Assembly (NCBI GenBank): GCA_016709725.1
Contig: JADJMG010000005.1
Location: forward strand, 387,544-451,543
Origin: Bacteroidota bacterium
GTDB taxonomy: Bacteria; Bacteroidota; Bacteroidia; AKYH767-A; OLB10
Direction: 5' to 3'
DNA: 64,000 nt
Shown in pieces: positions 53,571 to 62,455 of this stretch. The translations under genes were made by a program, and so were the position numbers. Positions within the stretch are counted from its first letter, which is position 1; each line of letters opens with the position of its first letter. Below the pieces are notes generated by a model. It made no database searches, was not told where the DNA came from, and saw nothing but the letters and a program-made list of their open reading frames with translations.

Positions 53571-54406
53571 ATGAAAAGTGCACAACTGAGGATCATCCTC
53601 ATTGCCGGCACAATTCTACTTTCGGCAGCTCTTTATTTTGCGCCCTCTCAGTTAAACAAGAAAGGAGCAGAACCCAAGGCCGCAGCTGAAAATACAGAGG
53701 ACGAATTCAACCCGGAAGCCTTATTGCGATCGGCAAAAGCTTCTCTCGACACCAACGCTCTTCAACAGCTTGAGATCATTGAGAAAGCCTCCGCCCAAGC
53801 AAACAATCAAGATACTGCCTTACTAGACAGCATCGGCAAAATCTGGGATAAAAACGGAATACCGGCTGCTTCCGCCATTTGGTTTGAGCGAAAAGCACAA
53901 ATAGTAAAGAGTGAAACATCATACCTTGATGCAGCTTATCGCTATTTTGATTCTTTTCGAAATGGCCAATGACAGTATGATTCAGTCGTTATTAGTTGGT
54001 AAAGCCATCACCAACTATCAAAAGGTTTTAGAATTAAATCCGAACAACCTGAATGCAAAAACAGACCTTGGTGCCTGTTATGCCGATGGAACTTCGGAGC
54101 CTATGAAAGGGATTATGTTATTGCGTGATGTAGTAGCAGCCGATCCCAATCATGAAATGGCCCAATACAATTTGGGAATGCTATCGGTGAAATCAGGGCA
54201 ACTTGATAAAGCGATCGAACGATTCCAAAAAGTACCAGAAATAAATCCTCAAGAAGCGAAATGAACTTTACCTCGGTCAAGTTCATCTTCAAAAAGGAGA
54301 TACGGCAGCGGCCATACAGTCGTACGAAACGTTCATCAAGAATGCGAAGTATGATGTATCCGATGTCATTAAAATGGTTCAAGCACTCAAGAAGAAAACT
54401 TCTTGA
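53571..54406 (+). CDS. tetratricopeptide-repeat protein, interrupted by about 2 frameshifts (pieces 53571-53972, 53911-54264, 54262-54406)
   Basis: N-terminal TM anchor, then TPR-like segments continuing across three frames (..YNLGMLSVKSGQLDKAIERFQK.. / ELYLGQVHLQKGDTAAAIQSYE..). Confidence 0.6.
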
Positions 54407-54443
54407 AAAAGAAAATAGTTAAAAACATTTAAAAATTTAAGTT

Positions 54444-54536
54444 ATGCCATCAGGTAAAAAGCGCAAACGTCATAAAATGGCGACCCACAAACGTAAGAAG
54501 CGTCTAAGAAAAAATCGTCATAAGAAGAAGAAATAA
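54444..54536 (+). CDS. small highly basic 30-aa protein (MPSGKKRKRHKMATHKRKKRLRKNRHKKKK), possible ribosome-associated or nucleic-acid-binding micro-protein
   Basis: A clean ATG..TAA ORF in the rng upstream region. The composition (over 60% K/R/H) resembles small ribosomal proteins. It falls below the ORF-track length cut-off. Confidence 0.4.
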   Translation: MPSGKKRKRHKMATHKRKKRLRKNRHKKKK

Positions 54537-54620
54537 GCCATTTTAGGTTAAGAGTAGCCATTCTGCATAAAATTATACGGAATGGCTGCTCATATTTGCT
54601 ATTTTTTATACAGGTAGTCC

Positions 54621-56186
54621 GTGGACTATATTGATTTAAGGAATTTTGTAATCCTCCCATGCAAAATTATTAGGCTTCAAGATTTGAACAGCGAACTCAT
54701 TATTGATTCGTCGACTTCCGAGGTGCAAATTGCCCTTGTTGAAGACAAGCAGCTCGTAGAGTTAAATACAGAAAAAAAAGAAAAAGGATTTTCTGTTGGT
54801 GACGTCTACTTGGGCCGCGTGAAGAAACTTATGCCTTCACTCAACGCCGCTTTTGTAGATATCGGTTATGAAAAAGATGCTTTTCTCCATTACCTCGATT
54901 TAGGTACCCAGGTACAATCCCTCATCAAGTACATGAAGAATACACAAGCCGGCACACAAACCGATGGCTTGTTGAATAACTTCGAACTGGAAGCAGACAT
55001 CCACAAAGCCGGCAAAATCGGACAAGTGGTAAACACCAACCTAAACATCATGGTGCAGGTGGCCAAGGAACCCATCAGCAGCAAAGGTCCGCGCATCACC
55101 GCCGAACTTTCCTTTGCTGGGCGATTTGTAGTTTTGGTTCCCTTTTCAGATGTTGTTTCCGTATCTCAAAAAATTAAGAGCAGTGCCGAGCGACTTCGCC
55201 TAAAACGTTTAGCGACGAGTATCAAGCCCCGAAACTTCGGAATCATTGTTCGCACTGTTGCTGAAGGAAAAAAAGTTGCCGACCTCGACAGAGATGTGCA
55301 AGATTTAACTTCGAAGTGGACGGCTTTGCACGAACAATTAAAATCGGCCACACCACCTGCAAAACTCTTGGGTGAAATTGATCGCGCTTCCACCATCTTA
55401 AGAGATTTATTGAATGCAAACTTCAATGCCATTCATGTCAATGATGTTCGGGTTGCAGAAGAAATAAAAACGTATTTGAGAGGGATTTCTCCCGATCAAG
55501 TCGACATTGTAAAGTTGTACAAAGGCAAGTTACCCATTTTCGAAAACTTTGGTATCGACAAACAAATAAAATCTCTTTTTGGAAAAACAGTGAACATGGC
55601 TGGGGGTTCCTACCTCATCATTGAGCATACCGAAGCCATGCATGTGATTGATGTGAATAGTGGCGGCCGAAACAAAGGGGCATCCGACTCACAAGAAAAC
55701 AATGCGCTGCAAACAAACTTAATGGCGGCAAAAGAGATTGCCCGTCAATTTAGCATGCGCGATATGGGTGGAATCATCGTCATTGATTTCATCGACATGA
55801 AAAACACGGTGAATCGCAAAGCCTCCAACAAAATTTGGTCTTGTTCAAATCACACGGGAGCGTGTACGACCGGTTACCGATATCATTACCGTAGAGAAAT
55901 GTCCGGCCTGTGATGGAACGGGAGAAATTAAAGCCTCCTCCTTTTAATCGACGACATTGAAAATAATTTACGTTACCTCTGCGAAGAGCAAAACGAAAAA
56001 GGGTTAACCTTACAAACGCATCCTTTCGTAGCTGCCTTTTTAAATAAAGATTTTTGGAAATTCAAATCTTTCCAATGGAAATGGCGCAAGAAATATAAAA
56101 GCTGGGTAAAGATTGAACCCATCTCCTCCTTCCATTTAATGGAATTCCATTTTATGAATAAGCAAGGGGAAGTGATAAAGCTTTAA
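54621..56186 (+). CDS. rng: ribonuclease G (RNase E/G family), with 2 apparent frameshifts in the 3' quarter
   Basis: An S1 domain and the catalytic core (HVIDVNSG, DMGGIIVIDFIDM). The C-terminus ...VQITRERVRPVTDIITVEKCPACDGTGEIKASS / LIDDIENNLRYLCEE...FWKFKSFQWKWRKKYKSWVKIEPISSFHLMEFHFMNKQGEVIKL continues in other frames to the TAA at 56184-56186. Confidence 0.8.
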
Positions 56187-56380
56187 GTGCTTTTTTTCTT
56201 GGAAGCTTCCGCTTTCTACAATACCTATTTCTTGATCTTTAACTGCTATTCTTCGATGGATGGGGAGTTAGTACGTACTTGTACTTAGTGGGAACTTTTT
56301 GGTGGGGGTAGATGGGTGTTTGGTTGGTTTAAAAAGTATATTTGAGGAAAGCTAAGCATGAGTAAAGCCTCTGTCTAGGG
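56020..56380 (+). repeat. left copy of an about 330-360 bp direct repeat (covers the last about 45 codons of rng plus about 190 bp downstream); candidate att site
   Basis: About 85-90% identical to 59735-60100 (for example gattgaacccatctcctcc, ggtttaaaaagtatatttg). Confidence 0.7.
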
Positions 56381-56462
56381 ATGAGGCTTTACTTAATAAT
56401 CGCGAGGTAATAATATGTTACCTGCAATTTTTAGCGACAGTCCTAACTTGATACTTTAAGCA

Positions 56463-59400
56463 ATGAATAAAAACCGAATAGCAAATTTCTTAGGATTTCT
56501 GACAACTGCGACTATCACAGGAGTTGGACTTTCCATGACATCCAATCAGTTTGTTGGTGGAGCAATCATTGGGCTTGGTATTGAATTGGGTTCAGGTTTC
56601 ATTGAGTCAGTTTGCTCAAAACTCAAAAAGAATTGGACTAAAGAAAATTATGGACTTTTAAATCATGACATTCAAAAGTCATTACAACGAAGTATTGTGG
56701 CGGCTCTGAATGATATGCAGACAGAATGCCTTACAATGCCATTTGCACCTGACGAAAGAGAACCCATCAAAAACTTTTATGACAGTTTGATTAAGGAATC
56801 AAAAGAAGATTTCTTCCACAAGTATTTAGAAGATAAGAATGACAACATACTAAAAGATCTTATAAACAAAAACTCTTCAACCTTTGAGAAAGACATTACT
56901 GATGGAATCTACAACGAAGAATTACTTTCAACTTTCAGTTTGTCTTTTAAGCATTACTTCAAAGAAACTTTAGTAAAGAAATTACGGTTTTGGTTTACAG
57001 AAGATTTGAAGGGTGAAGGCGATGAAAATAAAAGAGCAAGAGTAGCGTATGAAAAAATTCTGTTGGAGAGCATTGAAAACACATTACAAGAGCAGTGCAA
57101 TAAAATAACATCTCTTCAAACCCAAGTGGGTTTGATTTTTGAAAATTCAATTAGAGCAATCAATGAAGGAAAACAATTCAAGAAACACTTCAAAAACTCT
57201 TTCCACAATTTCCTTCTTTTTCTTTAGTAACAATTCCGCAAGAGGAAAGTAACAACGCAGATAAATTCTATGACGGTTTCCCCCCGCAACTTGAAGATTT
57301 AAAAGCAAATTTTGATTTTCCAAGAAATCTTTATTTAAAAGATAGTGGAGTTAAGTCAAGAATAAACGAACTAACATCATCTGATGCACACTTTGTAAAA
57401 TTCATTCTGATAAAAGGAGTTGGGGGTAGTGGAAAATCTACATTGCTCAAAAGAATTTCGTTTGACCAAACAATAATTGGCAAGAATGTTTTTACCTAAA
57501 CAAAGATTGGTTTGAGGACAAACAAATCAACAAACTTCAAACTCAAATAAAACGACTTGCCGAATCTTATCCCGATTGTGTAATAGTACTTGATGACATT
57601 GCTGATTGTATTTTAAGAGAAGAAATAAATTTTCCCGAACTCATTAATTCACTAAGTTCAAAAAGGATTTTGTTTGTTCTTGCTGACCAACCTGACAGAT
57701 GGAACAGAGTAACTCCCAAGGTGAGGGAGCTAAATACAGCAGGACAACTTCTCTCATTCGACTTACACCAACTTGACGAAATTGAATGCGAAGATTTAGC
57801 GGATAAAATGATTGAACTTGAATCTGAGGAAAAACTTTCAATCAGACACCTTGAATTGACAAAGGAAGAACGAGTAAAACTTTGTAAGGAAAATTCTAAA
57901 AGACACTTTGTAGTCGCAATGCTGCAAATCCGATATGGTAAAAGGTTCAGCGATATTATAATTGAAGAATTTGAAAAAATACCATCAGAGAAAGGTAAAG
58001 AAGCATATCTGATGGTTTGCTTTTGCAATCATTTAGGACTTTCAATTCCTGAATCCATTGTTATCAGTGCTTTGCACTTAACATCTTCTCTTAGCATAAA
58101 TGAATTTCATTCCTACACGGAAGGAATCGTTATTTTCAGTAAGTATGGTTTATCTTCAAGACACCCAATAATAGCCCGTGAAATTATCCGCAACTTTGTC
58201 AAAACAAAATTGAATTTCATTTCAACCTAAAACAAATATTCTCCTCATTAGGTGAAAACAAAATAGAAGTTTCAGATTTCTTAGACAGCTTCTTATCAAA
58301 GGAAAATATTCACAAAACCTTAGCAAAGATATTAGAAAAGGACATTGTTTTAATTGAGGATATTATTCAGATAATAGAAAGCAAGAAACATCTTTTAGAA
58401 AAAGATTTGCTTATCAAGTTGATGAGTTTTTATGGAATGACTGAACGATTGATTGGAAATGACGAGAAGGCGTTAGAAATTTTCAAACAGATTATTAGTG
58501 AGATCGACAAGGGGTATTCTTTTTGCGTATCGGCAAATCGGCTGGATAGAACACGACAATCAGAACTATGATGAAGCTGCAAATTATGCGATTCAATCCT
58601 ATCAGTATTCAAATGAAAATCCCGAACACATTATTCAGATTGCAAAGCTTTTGGCTCTTAATACAGTTAAGAATTTTAGAGAAGCAAAAAAATATTATGT
58701 AGCAGCACTTGAAAAAAGTAACAAGGACAAGTATTACCAAGAAGAACTTGAAAAATATACTGATGCAGAAAATGCACTGAACTACTTTTCGCAGTTATAC
58801 GATGATGACTTCATTCCAGACGATATTATCAAAGCGCTAAGACCAGGACTTAACTTTTTCAGAATCTATTTTCACACTAATTCAAAAGAGTTTAAAAATA
58901 AACTCATCAATGTTCTTCATGGAATGGAAGGCGATACCAAGGGAAGCATTGAAGACCTTGACGCAGTTGTTGAAGGTTTCAACATCAAGAAAGACAAGTT
59001 AGTAAGTAGTAAATACTACGGCAATCTTGCACGAATTATGTATTTGGAGTGGTATAAAAATGAAAAAAATAATTGACCCTACTAAGATACTTGAGGTTTT
59101 CCAAACCAGTTTAACTTTAAATTCAAATGACCCATTTACTCATTGTTGGTTAGGAACATTCTATAAAGAAGTTTTGAAAGATTTTGTAACAGCAGAAGCC
59201 GAATACAAAAAAGCAATTGCCCTTTCAAAGAATTCTAAATACGAACATGACAAAGACCACCCACTCTTTTCAAATAATCTTGCTCTCTTGATTATGGATG
59301 AAGTGGTTGCTGACAAACTTCCAAAAGAAAAATTATTTGAGGCAAAATCTCTTTTAGATTTTTCTGTAAAAGTTAATACCGAAAAACAATCAAGTTTTTA

Positions 59401-59464
59401 TTGGGCAGAACATAATCTCTCAAAGTGTTTGGACTTAATTGACAGATATAAATTGACTTCGTAA
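56463..59464 (+). CDS. NLR-like STAND/NACHT-type NTPase (N-terminal glycine-zipper/helical domain, P-loop NTPase, helical region, C-terminal TPR repeats), split over 6 frame segments
   Basis: Segments 56463-57227, 57167-57499 (Walker A FILIKGVGGSGKSTLLKRI), 57457-58230 (Walker B CVIVLDDIADC), 58182-58568, 58498-59076 and 59027-59464 (TPR-like). The junctions overlap at A/T homopolymers. Confidence 0.6.
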
Positions 59465-59734
59465 CCTTGAATAAAATGACGAACACAACTCCGAACTTTC
59501 ATCTTTGTGGCGAGAGTAAAACTGCAGGTAACATGGGGTTTTCGATAGTGGGTGTTTCGTGCTCCGCAGACACATTTGTACAAGGTGGAATCCTGCCTGC
59601 CGGCATGCAGGTTCAGTTCCCCGCATGAGGATTAGAGTTAAGACTCATCATCATCGAACCTATTACAGAACCAATTGTTTTACTGTTACAGACTTACAAA
59701 ATGGACAGAGCAAATCGAAAAAAGCCCAACTCTC

Positions 59735-60100
59735 CAAACCAAGCCCTTCGTTGCTTCCATTTTGAAAACTGATTTTGGAAATTCAAATCTTTTCAATTGA
59801 AATGGTTCAAGAAATATAAAAGCTGCGTGAAGATTGAACCCATCTCCTCCTACCATTTAATGGAATTTCATTTTTTGAATAAGCAGGGGGAAGAGATAAA
59901 GCTTTAAGCGCTTTTTTTTCTTGGAAGTTTACGACTTCTACAATACCTATTTCTTATTTCTTAATTGCTATTTGTCGCCTGTGGCTATTTAGTACGTATT
60001 TGTACTTAGTGAAAACTTTTTGGTGGGGCTAAATGGGTGTTGGGTTGGTTTAAAAAGTATATTTGGGAAAGGGAAATGTGAGTTAAGCCTACAGACTAGG
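59735..60100 (+). repeat. right (diverged) copy of the direct repeat; still encodes an RNase G C-terminus-like peptide FWKFKSFQLKWFKKYKSCVKIEPISSYHLMEFHFLNKQGEEIKL
   Basis: Alignable to 56020-56380 at both nucleotide and protein level. Confidence 0.7.
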
Positions 60101-60181
60101 TAAGGGCAGGATAAACGAAATAGAAGTTCGGCATTAATACTTTAGATAATATTATAAAAAACCACAACCTGAAAGAAACGA

Positions 60182-62288
60182 ATGCATATTTCAAAGTTTA
60201 CAGCATTTAATTTTAGAAGTCTTAGACAAGTTGTTTCTTTACGATTTGAAGGTGGGAGAAATGTCATTGTTGGTAAAAACAATTCGGGTAAGTCGAATAT
60301 TATTAAAGGGATTGAAATTCTAATTGGCGAAAAATTTCCAACCTATATCAATTTCACAGACAACGATTTTTATACTTACGAGGCAGTTGATGAAGACACA
60401 GGAGAATTTCGAGAAGTTGTTTCAGACAATCTTTATTTAGAGGTTGAATTAGCAGGAAGAGATTTTGATGAAACTTTACTAAATACAATTAAAAAACAAA
60501 CCGCATTTTCAAGAGTAGAAAATTCCGCTTCTCTTTATCATAAACTAGAAAATGGAGAATTCAAAGCAAATTATGACTTCTTTCAAAGTCTTGACGACAT
60601 TGAGAGTAGGCCTGAAGTAATCGTTTGCGGCGAAAATCTAGGTGGAAGACAAAAGAAAACGGAATGGAAAAAACCTGAAAACCTCATTGCTTTTTTTAAA
60701 ATCAGCAAGGACAATCAAACTCTTTTTTTTGTAAATCCCGAACGGATGATGAAAAGTCAGGTTTCGGTTTGATTTGCGTTGATTCAAATGGATTAATTTG
60801 GGTATCACATTTCTTATCAAAAAAATTAAGAGATTCTTTAATTACAACAACTGTAATAAGTGCACTTCGTAGTCAAAAAGAAGATTTGAGATTGGTTCAT
60901 TATACATGGTTTGGAAAACTAATAAAAGGCTTATGGGAGGACAATAAAGCAAGCACTCATCCAACCGAACAAAAATCTTATGAGGAACTTATCAAATCAA
61001 AATCAATAGATATAAAGCGTTTCGTTGATGAGGTTTTTCGTAAGGATACTACTGAAATAAGAAAACTTTTAGAAGGTGCAATAGCTCATAAAGAAATTTC
61101 ATTCCGTTTTATGAATGATACAACAAATGAGTTATACAAAAATATTCAACTTTTTGTTAATGATGGAATAGATAGGCCCCTTTACGAAAAAGGAACAGGG
61201 ATTCAAAGTGCAATAATAATTTCTTTGTTTTCTCTGTATTGTAACGAGTATCATAATAATAGTTCTCTTTTAATTGCAGAAGAACCAGAGTTGTTCTTAC
61301 ATCCACAAGCAAGAAGAGTTATATCGGCCGAATTGGATAAGTTTTTAAATGGTTCTCAAGAACAACAACGCCAACTTATTATTAGTACACACTCTGTGGA
61401 GTATCTGAAAAATGTTGACCCCTTTAATATAATTCGTGTATATAAGGATAGTATCAATAATTGTTCGATAGTTAAACAACTTGACCAAGCAACATCTCAA
61501 CAAATCACAACAGAACTTAAGAGATTTCTTTGGTCGAACAATACGGAACTCTTTTTGCTGACAAGGTTGTCTTAGTTGAAGGAGGTGAAGTTTATTTAAT
61601 TCCATCAATAGTTGACAAATTAAAAGGTTTTAAACAATTATTAGACTATCAAAACATTACGGTTTCAAGAGTAAATGGTAAAGGAAGCTTTTTGACATAT
61701 GTTAAAATGTTACAATGCTTTGATATTGAATTTATTATACTAGGAGATTTAGATTGTTTTAAGGACGAAGTACCTAAACTAATTAAGCATTTAAAAATTA
61801 ATGCAATAATAGAAAATGCAGGGAAAATTAAAACTGCGATTTCTTCATTGCCAATTAGTTATGAAGCTATTGATGAACGAGTAAAGGGAGTTGATAGAAA
61901 CTATGATTCACAAACTCTACAAAGCCTTTTTGAAAAATTTGCAAGTGGAGAAATCGAAAAAGACAATGAAGATCTTCTTGCAATTATTCAATTTATGCAA
62001 TTACGTTACACTAAAGGAGATAAAGAAGAAGTGATTATTGAATCGGTTGGAGAAGAAGAATTTAACACTGTACTTTCAACTCTCAGAGACAATAACATTT
62101 TCATTTGGTCAAAGGGTGATCTTGAATGTTACTATTCAGACAAATCAAAAGCATTAAACGGAAGTAAAGACATCAAAGCACTTGAATTATCATATCTATT
62201 ACAGGTTGAAACAGAAAATATAGAAGATTTAATTCTACATCTTGACGAAGTAAAACAACTTATCGAAACGATATTGAAAAAAGAATAA
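60182..62288 (+). CDS. OLD-family ATP-dependent endonuclease (ABC-type ATPase + TOPRIM), split into 3 frames (60182-60772, 60769-61575, 61530-62288)
   Basis: N-terminal FNFRSL...VIVGKNNSGKSNIIKGIE (Walker A). Middle LLIAEEPELFLHPQARR (Walker B/D-loop) and ISTHS (H-loop). C-terminal KVVLVEGGEVYL and ILGDLD (TOPRIM E and DxD). Confidence 0.65.
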
Positions 62289-62455
62289 CATCAGCTAACA
62301 GCCGTTTAGCAAAAAAGGGGGGTTAGTGCTTGAATGTGTGCTACTAGACATTTAGTGCTTCGAAATCCGCTTCTTCGCCAAGCACCAAACCGTTATTTGT
62401 TATTATAGCAACCGCTGAACATATCTAACTTAGAAACAAAATTAAATTAAAATGT

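Noticed and set aside
59560-59640. tRNA or tmRNA 3' fragment (ggttcagttcc resembles a T-loop)
   Set aside because: No convincing acceptor or T stems could be paired by eye. It is kept only as a low-interest note pending tRNAscan/Infernal.
56463-62288. Calling the NLR-like and OLD genes true pseudogenes
   Set aside because: The same homopolymer-type frameshifts hit essential genes (pheS, ssb, lnt, rng), so sequence error is the more parsimonious explanation. Pseudogene status is left open.
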